Source of the DNA: an uncultured delta proteobacterium
GTDB taxonomy: Bacteria > Desulfobacterota > Syntrophorhabdia > Syntrophorhabdales > WCHB1-27
Assembly: GCA_963810935.1 (NCBI GenBank)
Contig: CAWEPK010000017.1
Location: 170,484 to 234,483, forward strand
Length of the DNA stretch: 64,000 nt
Reading direction: 5' to 3'
Made by a program: the position numbers and the translations under genes. The notes under the pieces are model-generated. The model was given only the letters and a program-made list of their open reading frames with translations. It searched no databases and was not told the DNA's origin. Position 1 is the first letter of the stretch; every line of letters starts with the position of its first letter. Positions 27,871 through 37,450 of the stretch are shown piece by piece.

Positions 27871-28614
27871 ATGTTCAGACAAATCAAGATACGCCACGTA
27901 GCGGAAGAAGTCTTCGACCAGATCAAGTCCGCCATCGAGACCGGCAAGCTGAAACCGGGCGAGAAGCTGCCTGCCGAGAGGGAGCTTATGGGCCAGCTCG
28001 GGGTCAGCCGCGTTCCGATCCGGGAGGCCCTGAAGCTGCTTTCGAACATGGGCCTGATCGAGACGAGGCAGGGCGGGGGCAGCTACGTCCGCGCGCTCCT
28101 CTCGGACCGCTTGCTCGACCCTCTGGGCGCCATCATAGCCGACAGCGCGGAGAAGCTCTTCGAGCTGGTCGAGGTGCGCAGGGAAATCGAGACATGGTCG
28201 GCATGCTACGCCGCGAAAGAGGCGAGCCCGGTGGAAATCGCCGACATCGGCCGCGTGCTCCGGGAAATGAAGATGCATGTCGATTCCGGCTCCAGGGTGC
28301 CGGTCAGCCTCGATATAGAATTTCACCGCGCCATTGCCCAGGCCAGCTCCAATACGATACGGGCGCACCTGTTCCATACCATCCTGGCCATATTTTCCGA
28401 TTATTTCAGGCTTACCATAGAGACCATCTGCCCGCACGAAGACGACCAGCGCCGCCTCTACGATCAGCACGTGGAGATATTCAACGCCATTAAAGACCGC
28501 GACGCCAAGCAGGCCCGCGACGCCATAACCCAGCACCTTACGTTCGTTGCGGAGGAATTGAAAAAACAGATGCCGATGGCCGGCCTGAAAACGGTTGCGC
28601 CGGCAGAAGAGTAA
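27871..28614 (+). CDS. FadR/GntR-family transcriptional regulator (LldR/GlcC/PdhR-like)
   Basis: wHTH LKPGEKLPAEREL...GVSR.PIREAL; FCD domain D.EFH..IA.AS.N. Confidence 0.92.
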   Translation: MFRQIKIRHVAEEVFDQIKSAIETGKLKPGEKLPAERELMGQLGVSRVPIREALKLLSNMGLIETRQGGGSYVRALLSDRLLDPLGAIIADSAEKLFELVEVRREIETWSACYAAKEASPVEIADIGRVLREMKMHVDSGSRVPVSLDIEFHRAIAQASSNTIRAHLFHTILAIFSDYFRLTIETICPHEDDQRRLYDQHVEIFNAIKDRDAKQARDAITQHLTFVAEELKKQMPMAGLKTVAPAEE

Positions 28615-28718
28615 GACTTAAAAAAAACACGCCAGGGAGCCTTTCCGGGCCGGCCCGGCTCCCGCTTCAGCTACCATGGGGCGGCGAAAACGATAAAAAA
28701 GCCGCAGGAAAAAAATCC

Positions 28719-28747
28719 TTGACAGGATGATCCTCTTATCCTAATCT
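28719..28747 (+). promoter_or_regulatory. Sigma70 promoter of the second GntR-ABC operon, with a palindrome in the spacer
   Basis: TTGACA, 17 nt, TAATCT; palindrome AGGAT-G-ATCCT at 28724-28734; ATG only 9 nt after the -10 element. Confidence 0.55.
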
Positions 28748-28756
28748 GCATATCAT

Positions 28757-29452
28757 ATGAAGATTATAAGATCGAGCGACGTCGTGGTGAAACGACTGCT
28801 CGAGCTGATAATGAAAGGCGAGATAACGCCCGGCGATAAGCTTCCCGCGACCGAGAACCTGGCAAAGACGATGGGGACCAGCGTCATATCCGCCAGGGAA
28901 GCGATGAAGAACCTCGAGGTGATCGGGATCGTCGAGATCAGCCACGGCAGGGGCATTTTCCTGACGAGGGGCGCGCCGGTCATGGAGGAGCTGCTGGAGG
29001 CCCGGAAGGTGATCGAGTCCTACAGCGCGGTTGCGGCTGCGCAGAAGAAGGACGCCTGCGCCATCGGCCGGATAGAGCAGCTTTTGCGCGAGATGGACAG
29101 GGCGAGCGCCGAGGGCGACATCGATTCGTACAGCGAGATGGACTACGAGTTCCATCTGGCCATAGGCAAGGCGGCCGGGAATCGCATCATGTTCAAGATG
29201 CTGGAGAACATCAGGGAGCTGCTGCGGTACCAGCAAACGACCGTCAACAGGATCCCGGACATCATGCACACCTCCTCGGTGCGCCATCACGAGATATTCA
29301 AGGCCATCGCGAAGGGGGACGGCGCAAAAGCCGGCTCCATAATGGAGAAGCACCTCAGCGAAGTCATCGATTCCTGGAAAAAGCATATACGCCCGCAAGG
29401 GCAGAAGACTGTGAACAAGAATCCCATCGATCAAGGAGGACGATATGCGTAG
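28757..29452 (+). CDS. FadR/GntR-family transcriptional regulator
   Basis: PGDKLP..E.LA...GTS...AREA wHTH; DYEFHLAI..AAGN FCD domain. Confidence 0.9.
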   Translation: MKIIRSSDVVVKRLLELIMKGEITPGDKLPATENLAKTMGTSVISAREAMKNLEVIGIVEISHGRGIFLTRGAPVMEELLEARKVIESYSAVAAAQKKDACAIGRIEQLLREMDRASAEGDIDSYSEMDYEFHLAIGKAAGNRIMFKMLENIRELLRYQQTTVNRIPDIMHTSSVRHHEIFKAIAKGDGAKAGSIMEKHLSEVIDSWKKHIRPQGQKTVNKNPIDQGGRYA

Positions 29453-30713
29453 CGGGCGACTCTCCATTGTCTGTGCGGCTTTTCTGGTTGTGCTTCTGGC
29501 GTTGAGCGGCGCGGCCTTCGCGCAGCAGAAGGTTATAAAAATAGGGGCGGTCTATCCGCTCACGGGCAATATCGCGTCTACGGGGCTTGATTGCAGGCGC
29601 GGCGCGGAGCTAGCCGTAGATATCATAAACGGCAAGTACAACCTCAGCCTGCCGCTTGCAAAAGAGGAAGGCCTGCCCAACCTCGGAGGGGCAAAGCTGG
29701 AGCTTATCTTCGCCGACACCAAGGGAGACCCGAAGAACGGCATGTCGGAGGCGGAGAGGCTCGTGTCGCAGGAAAAGGTGGTCGCCATGATCGGGGCGTA
29801 CCAGAGCTCCGTGACGAAGACCGCAAGCCAGGCAACGGAAAGGCTGAAGATCCCGTACGTTTGCTCCGACTCTTCTTCCCCCACCCTGACCGAGAGGAAT
29901 TTCAAGTACTTCTTCAGGGTCAGCCCGCATGACGGCGGCTTTGCGATGGACCAGTTCCAGTTCCTTAGGGACCTCGAAAAGAAGAAGGGCCAGAAGGTGT
30001 CGACCATCGCCCTCCTCTATGAGAACACCGAGTTCGGCTCGAACGTGGGCAAGGCGGCCAACCAGTACGCCAAAGAGTTCCGCTACAAGGTCGTAGCGGA
30101 CATCTCGTACGCGGCCAACGCGACGGACGTGACGAGCGAGGTGGGCGCCCTCATCAAGGCGAAGCCCGACGTACTGATGCACGCATCGTATATCACCGAC
30201 GCGATCCTTTTCACGAAGACCTTCAAAGAGATGAACTTCGCACCCAAGGGCATCATGACGTTTGCCGGCTACATTGAGCCGGGCTACCTGCCGGCAGTTA
30301 AGGCGGACGGCAATGATATCATCGTAAGATCGACTTTCGCCCTCGACCTTGCCAAGGGGAAGCCTTTAGTCGGGCAGGTCAACGAGCTGTTCAAAAAGAA
30401 ATACGGCATCGAGATGAGCGAGAACGCGGCCCGCAGCTTCGCGGCGCCTTTCGTGCTCGCGGACGCGATCAACAGGGCCAAATCGACGAAGAGCGAAGAC
30501 ATAGTCAAGGCGCTTCTGGCAACGAATATCCCCGGCGACCAGATGATCTACCCGTGGAAAGGCATCAAGTTCGATCCGAAGACGCACCAGAACATATACG
30601 CCAGGGGCACGCTCGTGCAGATACAGAACCAGGAGTATTCGACTATCTGGCCCTTCGACGCAGCCGCGAAGGACGTCATATGGCCGTTCCCCGGATGGCA
30701 GGGGAGGAAATAA
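29445..30713 (+). CDS. ABC transporter substrate-binding protein (LivJ/K-like)
   Basis: Signal peptide, IKIGAVYPLTG, GAYQSSVT and YENTEFG motifs; first gene of a liv-type cluster. Confidence 0.9.
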   Translation: MRSGRLSIVCAAFLVVLLALSGAAFAQQKVIKIGAVYPLTGNIASTGLDCRRGAELAVDIINGKYNLSLPLAKEEGLPNLGGAKLELIFADTKGDPKNGMSEAERLVSQEKVVAMIGAYQSSVTKTASQATERLKIPYVCSDSSSPTLTERNFKYFFRVSPHDGGFAMDQFQFLRDLEKKKGQKVSTIALLYENTEFGSNVGKAANQYAKEFRYKVVADISYAANATDVTSEVGALIKAKPDVLMHASYITDAILFTKTFKEMNFAPKGIMTFAGYIEPGYLPAVKADGNDIIVRSTFALDLAKGKPLVGQVNELFKKKYGIEMSENAARSFAAPFVLADAINRAKSTKSEDIVKALLATNIPGDQMIYPWKGIKFDPKTHQNIYARGTLVQIQNQEYSTIWPFDAAAKDVIWPFPGWQGRK

Positions 30714-31574
30714 GTGCCTGAGCAGCTACTCCAGCAAATCATAAACGGCCTCCTGATCGGGTTCATGTACTCCCTGATCGCGATCGGGCTGACCCTCATA
30801 TGGGGCGTCATGAACATCATCAATTTCGCGCACGGCGATTTCCTGATGGTGGGCATGTTCGCCTCTTTCTGGCTCTATACGCTCTACGGTATAGACCCCC
30901 TCTTCTCGATCCCCCTCTGCGCCTTGCTGCTGTTCGTAATGGGGGTCATCATCTATCGTTTCGTCGTGAGCAAGGTAATGCGCGGGCCGATGCTGGCGCA
31001 GCTCGTCGTCACGTTCGGCATCAGCATCTTTATCGCCAACCTCGCCGTCTACCTGTGGACGCCCGACTTCCGGCTCATCGACAAGACGCTGCTTTCCGGC
31101 ACCTGGCACATCGGCAACATACAGTTGAGCATCCCGAAAACGGTCGCCTCCATCGGCAGCATCATCACCTCCGGCGCCCTTTTCCTCTTTTTGAAGAAGA
31201 CGCGCACCGGCAAGGCAATCCTCGCGACGGAGATGGACAGGGAGGCGGCCCTCCTCATGGGCATCAACACCGAGCGCATAAATTCTTTTTCCTTCGGGTT
31301 GGGCGCGTCCCTGGTCGGCATAGCGGGGGCGTTCCTCTCCACCTACTATTACATCTATCCGCAGGTAGGGGGCCTTTTCGGCACCATCGCCTTTTCCATA
31401 GTGGCTTTAGGCGGCTTCGGCAGCATATCGGGTGCCTTCATCGCGGGCATCCTCGTCGGTCTCGTTCAAACCCTGGGCGGGTTCTTTTTCGACCCCGCTT
31501 ACAAATACGCCATCGTGTTCATGATCTACCTTATCACCGTATGGATCAGACCACAGGGGCTTTTAGGCTGGTAG
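30714..31574 (+). CDS. ABC permease, LivH-like
   Basis: LIAIGLTLIWGVMNIINFAHG, A.LMGIN, LGGFGS and RPQGLLG motifs. Confidence 0.92.
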   Translation: MPEQLLQQIINGLLIGFMYSLIAIGLTLIWGVMNIINFAHGDFLMVGMFASFWLYTLYGIDPLFSIPLCALLLFVMGVIIYRFVVSKVMRGPMLAQLVVTFGISIFIANLAVYLWTPDFRLIDKTLLSGTWHIGNIQLSIPKTVASIGSIITSGALFLFLKKTRTGKAILATEMDREAALLMGINTERINSFSFGLGASLVGIAGAFLSTYYYIYPQVGGLFGTIAFSIVALGGFGSISGAFIAGILVGLVQTLGGFFFDPAYKYAIVFMIYLITVWIRPQGLLGW

Positions 31575-31578
31575 CGGC

Positions 31579-32544
31579 ATGAGAGGCTTCACTCATAGGC
31601 AAATCCTGATCGGCGCGCTCGCGCTGGCCTTCCTTATCGCGCTGCCCCTGTTCATGACGAATACCTTCTTCCAGCACATTATGATCCTCGTCTTCATGTT
31701 CGGCGTAATGGGCGTGGCGTGGAACATCATGGGCGGATACGCGGGCATGTTCTCCTTCGGCCAGGTCGCCTTCTTCGGCATAGGGGCGTATACGTCGTCC
31801 TTCCTTCTGATCACCTACGGCGTCAACCCCTGGATAGGGCTCGTCGCCGGGGGGCTCGTCTCGGCAGGCGTTGCCGCGGCCTTAGGGTATCCCTGCTCGA
31901 ACCTGCGGGGCCATTACTTCGCGATAGCGAGCATAGCCTTCGGCGAGATCGTCCGTACGCATTTCAACAACTGGAAGCTCGTGGGAGCGGCGGAGGGGCT
32001 GTCGCTGCCCATGCTCGAAGGGGGCATGAAAAACTTCATGTTCCACACCTCTAAGCTCCCCTATTATTACATAATACTGGCGTTCCTGGTCCTCGCCGTC
32101 GTTGTCTGCCGGCTGGTGAGCACGTCGAAGATGGGGTACTATTTCCGCGCCATCAAGGAGAGCCACGAGGTGGCGCAGGTCCTCGGCATCAACGTCGCCT
32201 GGTACCGGCTGATCGCCATTATGGTGAGCGCCTTCCTGACCGCCATGGCAGGCACCTTCTACGCCCAGTATATCCTTTACATCGACCCGGACAGCGTTAT
32301 GATCCTGCCCGTCTCCGTGCAGGTCGTCCTCATATCGATGCTCGGCGGCGCAGGCACGGTGATAGGCCCGGTCATAGGCGCGCTGATCCTGGTCCCTATC
32401 TCCGAGGTGACGCGCGTCTGGCTCGGCAATAAAGGGACAGGCATCGACATGCTCGTTTACGGGTTCCTCATCACCATGATATCGGTTTACCAGCCGAAGG
32501 GCGTCTGGGGGTTTTTAGTAAGCACGGGGAAGAGGGTGCGATGA
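31579..32544 (+). CDS. ABC permease, LivM-like
   Basis: WNI.GGYAG.FSFG..AFFGIGAY, LRG.YFAI, LGGAGT and P.G motifs. Confidence 0.92.
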   Translation: MRGFTHRQILIGALALAFLIALPLFMTNTFFQHIMILVFMFGVMGVAWNIMGGYAGMFSFGQVAFFGIGAYTSSFLLITYGVNPWIGLVAGGLVSAGVAAALGYPCSNLRGHYFAIASIAFGEIVRTHFNNWKLVGAAEGLSLPMLEGGMKNFMFHTSKLPYYYIILAFLVLAVVVCRLVSTSKMGYYFRAIKESHEVAQVLGINVAWYRLIAIMVSAFLTAMAGTFYAQYILYIDPDSVMILPVSVQVVLISMLGGAGTVIGPVIGALILVPISEVTRVWLGNKGTGIDMLVYGFLITMISVYQPKGVWGFLVSTGKRVR

Positions 32545-33281
32545 GTAAAGCGGTCTGTCTGGACGTGCGGGGCGTAACGAAGCTGTTCGGCGGCCTGAAG
32601 GCCAACGAAGACGTCAGCTTCTCCGTTGAGGAAGGTGAGATAGTCAGCGTCATCGGGCCGAACGGCGCGGGGAAATCGACGCTCTTCAACTGCATCACGG
32701 GCTTCTATAAGCCGAGCGCGGGCACCGTCCTTTTCTTCGGCAAGAATATAACACGCTTCCGGGCGGACAAAGTGGTCGCGATGGGGATAGCGCGCACCTT
32801 CCAGGTTGTCCAGGTGATCGGTGAGATGACCGTCCTCGAAAACGTTATGACGGGGGCGCTCCTCCATTACGTCAAGGTAGCCGGCGCCAGGGAGAAGGCC
32901 GAAGAGGTGCTCTCCTTCACGGGCCTTCTCGAAAAGAAGGACCGCCTGGGCGCCGAGCTTACCATAGCAGACAAAAAGCGGCTGGAAGTCTCGATGGCGC
33001 TCGCCACCAAGCCCAGGCTGCTCATGCTCGACGAATCGATGGCCGGGCTGACCGTCGTGGAGCTGCGGGGCATGATCGATCTTATCAAGGCCGTCAGGGG
33101 AAGCGGGATTACACTCGTGGTCGTCGAACACGTCATGGAGGCGGTCATGGAGATCTCCGACCGCGTCGTCGTGCTCAACTCGGGCAAAAAAATCATGGAG
33201 GGGGCGCCCAAAGAGGTCGTCTCACATCCGGAAGTCATACAGGCATATCTGGGGGACAGGTACCGTGCTGTCGGTCGATAA
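32541..33281 (+). CDS. ABC ATP-binding protein, LivG-like
   Basis: FGGL.A, GPNGAGKST, ARTFQ, LDE..AGL, VEH and AYLG motifs. Confidence 0.93.
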   Translation: MSKAVCLDVRGVTKLFGGLKANEDVSFSVEEGEIVSVIGPNGAGKSTLFNCITGFYKPSAGTVLFFGKNITRFRADKVVAMGIARTFQVVQVIGEMTVLENVMTGALLHYVKVAGAREKAEEVLSFTGLLEKKDRLGAELTIADKKRLEVSMALATKPRLLMLDESMAGLTVVELRGMIDLIKAVRGSGITLVVVEHVMEAVMEISDRVVVLNSGKKIMEGAPKEVVSHPEVIQAYLGDRYRAVGR

Positions 33282-33969
33282 CATAACCGTAGGATACAGG
33301 GGCCTCATGGCAGTGCAGGACGTCTCCTTCCACGTCGAGAAGGGTGAAATCGTCAGTCTGGTCGGCTCCAACGGGGCCGGAAAATCAACGTTGCTGAAGA
33401 CGATTGCGGGCCTCATCCATCCGCAGGCAGGCCATATCACCTTCGACGGCAAGGCCATCGGCCATACGCCAGCCTACGACATAGTCAAGAAGGGCATATC
33501 GATGATACCGGAGGGCAGGCGGCTTTTCGGGAGGCTCTCCGTCCTCGACAACCTCCTCCTCGGCGCGTACGTCGCAGGCGGAAAAGCCGAGGTCGCACAG
33601 AGGCTCGAAAGCGTCTTCTCACTCTTCCCGATCCTCGCGGACAGGAAGGGACAGAGAGCCGATACCTTCAGCGGCGGGGAACAGCAGCAGCTCGCCATCG
33701 CGCGCGGCCTTATGTCGGGGCCGTCGCTTCTTATGCTCGACGAGCCTTCGCTCGGGCTCATGCCCAAGCTCGTTTCCGAGATATTCAAGGTCATCCGGGA
33801 GATCGCCAAAAAGGGCGTAACCGTGCTGCTCGTCGAGCAGAACGTCTTCGAGGCCTTAGAGACATCGGACCGCGCCTACGTGCTCCAGACGGGACGCATC
33901 GTCCTAGAAGGCAAAGGCGCGGAGCTTATTCAATCGGACCTGGTGCGCAAGGCCTATCTCGGCATGTAG
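33265..33969 (+). CDS. ABC ATP-binding protein, LivF-like
   Basis: GSNGAGKST, PEGRRLF, SGGEQQ, LDEPSLGL, VEQN and AYLG motifs. Confidence 0.93.
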   Translation: MLSVDNITVGYRGLMAVQDVSFHVEKGEIVSLVGSNGAGKSTLLKTIAGLIHPQAGHITFDGKAIGHTPAYDIVKKGISMIPEGRRLFGRLSVLDNLLLGAYVAGGKAEVAQRLESVFSLFPILADRKGQRADTFSGGEQQQLAIARGLMSGPSLLMLDEPSLGLMPKLVSEIFKVIREIAKKGVTVLLVEQNVFEALETSDRAYVLQTGRIVLEGKGAELIQSDLVRKAYLGM

Positions 33970-33972
33970 CCA

Positions 33973-33981
33973 TGGTATAAT
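33973..33981 (+). promoter_or_regulatory. Extended -10 promoter upstream of the larA-like gene
   Basis: TG-G-TATAAT in the 47-bp intergenic gap, followed by AGGAGG. Confidence 0.5.
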
Positions 33982-34016
33982 AACCTGAGGGACCACAGGC
34001 CGGACAGGAGGTACAT

Positions 34017-35294
34017 ATGCGCGTTGCCATGAGGTACGGGAAGAAGGGGCTGGAACTTGATCTGCCCGACGACATCGAGGCAACGGTCATACACAAGAAG
34101 CATATGCCGGTTGCCCCTGACAAAGAGGGGGCCGTGCGTGAGGCGCTCTCCAACCCCGTCGGGTGCAGGCCGCTTTCCGAAGAGGCCAAAGGCTGCAAAA
34201 ATGTCTGCATCTGCATCTGCGACGTGACGCGGCCCGTCCCGAACGGCATCGTGCTGCCCCCGCTCGTGGACCAGTTGATTGAGGCAGGCGTGGCGCCTGA
34301 GGCGATCACCATCCTCGTCGCCACCGGACTGCACAGGCCGAACGAAGGCAGCGAGCTGCGTGAGATCGTGGGGAGCGACCGGGTCCTTGAGACGGTGCAG
34401 GCGGTCAACCATTTCGCAAAGAACGACGCGGACCACGTTTTTCTCGGCACTACCTCGTGCGGCATGCCGGTCAGGCTCGACAGGCGCTTCGTCGCCGCTG
34501 ACATGCGCATAGTGGTCGGCCTTGTAGAGCCCCATTTCATGGCGGGTTACTCCGGCGGCAGGAAGGTCGTGATCCCCGGCGTCGCCCACGAAAAGACCAT
34601 AGGGAACCTCCACTCTACGCGTATGCTGCTCCAGGACATGGTCGACAATACAATCGTGGACAGCAACCCGCTGCATCAGGCGCAGATCGAGGGGACGCGC
34701 ATGGTCGGACGGATCTACGCAGTCAATACAGTCATCGACGAGGAGCGCCGCCTCTCTTACGTCACTTTCGGCGACATGGAGCAAAGCCACCTCAAGGCGG
34801 TCGCCTTCGCGCGGCCGTACTTCGAGATATCGATGGACCGCCGCTTCACCACGGTCGTCACTACCTCCGCCGGCTACCCGCTGGACAGGAACTATTACCA
34901 GACGGTCAAGGGGATGGTCGGCGTTACGGGCATAACCGCGCCCGGCGGCGATATCTTCATCGCCTCCGAGTGCTCGGAAGGGCTGGGCGCGCCCGAGTTC
35001 GCCGTCTCTCAGAAGCGCTTCATAGCCGAGGGCGCCAAGGCGTTCGTCGACGCCACGATGAAGCAGCCCTGCGCGGCAGTCGATGAATGGGAAACGATAA
35101 TGCTTATTAAGGCGATGAACGCGGGCGCCGTCCACCTGTACAGCGACCGCCTCAGTGCCGAAGACAAGGCCCTCACCGGCGTCGACTGCGTGAAGTCCCT
35201 TTCGGAAGCCGTAATTGCTTGCCTCCGGAAGAAGGGCGACAAGCAGATAGCCATCGTGCCGGAAGGGCCTTACGTGATACCGAAGGCCGGATAG
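34017..35294 (+). CDS. larA: Nickel-pincer-dependent lactate racemase family protein (LarA homologue)
   Basis: DVTRP, ATGLHR, NH, EPHFMAGYSGGRK, YQTVKG and ECSEG motifs. Confidence 0.88.
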   Translation: MRVAMRYGKKGLELDLPDDIEATVIHKKHMPVAPDKEGAVREALSNPVGCRPLSEEAKGCKNVCICICDVTRPVPNGIVLPPLVDQLIEAGVAPEAITILVATGLHRPNEGSELREIVGSDRVLETVQAVNHFAKNDADHVFLGTTSCGMPVRLDRRFVAADMRIVVGLVEPHFMAGYSGGRKVVIPGVAHEKTIGNLHSTRMLLQDMVDNTIVDSNPLHQAQIEGTRMVGRIYAVNTVIDEERRLSYVTFGDMEQSHLKAVAFARPYFEISMDRRFTTVVTTSAGYPLDRNYYQTVKGMVGVTGITAPGGDIFIASECSEGLGAPEFAVSQKRFIAEGAKAFVDATMKQPCAAVDEWETIMLIKAMNAGAVHLYSDRLSAEDKALTGVDCVKSLSEAVIACLRKKGDKQIAIVPEGPYVIPKAG

Positions 35295-35311
35295 GCCCCG
35301 CCTTCTATCAA

Positions 35312-36103
35312 ATGGCCGCCTCTCTGCCCGTCTACGAGATATATGCGCTCAAGTACGCCGGCCCCTTCACCGGCAAGCTCGCAATGCTGCTCTGGATGGA
35401 AGGGTGGGATGAGGAGATCGAGCGCAATTATTACATCTGGGCGATCAAGGGACAGAAGGAAGTGATTGTCGTAGATGCGGGGATGCGCGTCGCCCTCGCG
35501 GAAGAAAGGAAGCTCGCCAACTTTGAAGACCCGGTAGTCCTATTGGAGCGTGTCGGCGGCTTCGCGGCCAATATCAGGAAAGTGGTCCTGACGCACCTCC
35601 ACGTGGACCACGCGGGATGCGTAGAGCGCTTTTCGCAAACTTTCCCCGATGCCCGATTCTTCGTCCAGCAAAGAGAGATGGACTTCTGGTTCCATAACCC
35701 CATCGCGAAACGGCCCGCCTTCGCAAGATGGAGCGACGGGCAGGCAAACCGCGACCTTGCGCGGCTGCGTGAATTGGGGCGCGTAACTGCCGTGGCGGGC
35801 GACGCCGCGATCGCACCGGGCATAGAGCTGCTTCTCGCCCCCGGCCACACGCCGGGGCTCCAGGCGGTCGCAGTCAACACAGCGGGCGGTACGGCCATCC
35901 TCGGCTCCGATTGCGCACACCTTTTTAGAAGCTACAGGGAGGATACGCCCAGCGCCTTCATCACCGATATGGCGGCATGGCTCGAAAGCTACGACAAGCT
36001 GCGCGCTCGCGCCTCGTCCATCGACCTTATCTTTCCCGGCCATGACGCCTTAATGCTGAGTGCGTACCCCAAGGTCGCAGACAACGTCACCAGGCTGGCA
36101 TAG
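35312..36103 (+). CDS. Metallo-beta-lactamase-fold hydrolase (AHL-lactonase-like)
   Basis: VDAG, THLHVDHAG (HxHxDH), PGHTPG, SD and PGHD motifs; start taken at ATG 35312. Confidence 0.85.
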   Translation: MAASLPVYEIYALKYAGPFTGKLAMLLWMEGWDEEIERNYYIWAIKGQKEVIVVDAGMRVALAEERKLANFEDPVVLLERVGGFAANIRKVVLTHLHVDHAGCVERFSQTFPDARFFVQQREMDFWFHNPIAKRPAFARWSDGQANRDLARLRELGRVTAVAGDAAIAPGIELLLAPGHTPGLQAVAVNTAGGTAILGSDCAHLFRSYREDTPSAFITDMAAWLESYDKLRARASSIDLIFPGHDALMLSAYPKVADNVTRLA

Positions 36104-36132
36104 CGGGCACAGGCAAAAACAGCGCCGACAAG

Positions 36133-36933
36133 TTACGACCTGATAACGATAAAGGCCATTATGAGGACGGCAAGGCCCACGCGGTAGTAAGCGAACACGT
36201 CGAGGGTGTGTTTCTTCAGGTAGTGGATCAGGAAGGTCAGGCTCGCCAGGCCCGCAATGAAGGCTGAAAACGTCCCCGCCGCAAAGACCGTGCTCTCGTC
36301 CCCCTCGAAGAGGGGCATGTGGTGCATCTCCAGCAGCGCAACGCCGATGACGACGGGTATGGACAAAAGAAAAGCAAAATCCACCGCCTCCCTCCTCCGC
36401 AGGCCCAGCATTATGCCCATCGTTATCGTGATGCCGCTGCGCGATACTCCGGGGACAAGGGCGACGGCCTGGGCCAGGCCGATAGCGAGAGCGAAGGTGT
36501 AGGTTATTTTGTGCTCGCCCAGGTGAAGCCTCTCCGCGAGGATCATAAAGATGGAGACGACCACCAGGCTGAAGACGGAGACAAGCGGCGTCCTCACATA
36601 ATACTCGATGAGGTCTTTGAAAAGGAGCCCGAAGACGACCGCAGGCACGGTCCCGAGCGCAATCTTCATCACCATTGAATCGCGCAGCGAGCGCGACTCC
36701 GTTACCTTGCGCAAGTCCTCCCGGCACATCTGGACGATCTTCCCCGTGTATATAGAGAGAAGGGCGAAGGCCGTGCCGAAGTGGACCATCACGTCATAAT
36801 CGAGCTTGTCCACGTTGCCCGAGCTGACTTTGAAGAGCCACGGCACGGCTATCAGGTGGGCGCTCGAGCTTACAGGCAGGAACTCCGTAACACCCTGCAT
36901 CGCTCCCACAAGGACGCTCTCTACTACGGTCAT
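36133..36933 (-). CDS. uppP: Undecaprenyl-diphosphate phosphatase
   Basis: QGVTEFLPVSSSAH, PGVSRSGITI and F..YR motifs. Confidence 0.93.
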   Translation of the reverse strand: MTVVESVLVGAMQGVTEFLPVSSSAHLIAVPWLFKVSSGNVDKLDYDVMVHFGTAFALLSIYTGKIVQMCREDLRKVTESRSLRDSMVMKIALGTVPAVVFGLLFKDLIEYYVRTPLVSVFSLVVVSIFMILAERLHLGEHKITYTFALAIGLAQAVALVPGVSRSGITITMGIMLGLRRREAVDFAFLLSIPVVIGVALLEMHHMPLFEGDESTVFAAGTFSAFIAGLASLTFLIHYLKKHTLDVFAYYRVGLAVLIMAFIVIRS

Positions 36934-37115
36934 CTTGTAACATTACCTCCGTGGAGACGCGAGCCGGCAGCCGATCCGCAAGCCGGCACGGTCAGAGTAT
37001 ATCGCCGTTCGAAACGGCAATCAACCGTTGCGGCGCAGGCCGCCTCGCAGACGTGTAAATCCTGTCGTTCCGTGGTAATATTACTTACGGACATGGACTC
37101 AAGGAGAGACAGGCC

Positions 37116-37388
37116 ATGACATTGAAGGAAAGGATCGAGCAGACCCTGACAGGCCTCAATCCGAGGCTCGAAAGCCTGGCAAACGGGTACGTCGAGCTGA
37201 TGGACACCGACGAGGCCAAAAAAACGGTCACCCTGAAATCGTTCGGCGGCAGGCTTCACTGATGCGGGATGAACGCCCTCAGTTTGTGGGCGGAAAAGCT
37301 GCTCAAGGAAGAGGTGCCGGAGATCGCGGAGGTCAATATCGTCGACGTCTGCCAGTGCGGCGTCGATGAGCCCTTGCGCCCGGCTTGA
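37116..37388 (+). CDS. NifU/NfuA C-terminal-domain-like protein, 90 aa, with an in-frame UGA (putative selenocysteine at codon 49)
   Basis: AGGAGA RBS and ATG 37116. Translation: MTLKERIEQTLTGLNPRLESLANGYVELMDTDEAKKTVTLKSFGGRLH-U-CGMNALSLWAEKLLKEEVPEIAEVNIVDVCQCGVDEPLRPA. NifU-C resemblance continues on both sides of TGA 37260-37262; hairpin 11 nt downstream. Confidence 0.7.
37274..37292 (+). promoter_or_regulatory. Putative bacterial SECIS element of the NifU-like gene
   Basis: CGCCC-t-CA-[GTT]-TG-t-GGGCG stem starting 11 nt after the UGA; apical loop begins with GU. Confidence 0.6.
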
Positions 37389-37450
37389 TTTCCCACAACT
37401 TCATTTAATAAGCAAACTTTGCCGGGTGGGATATATGGCTCGCCCATCTG

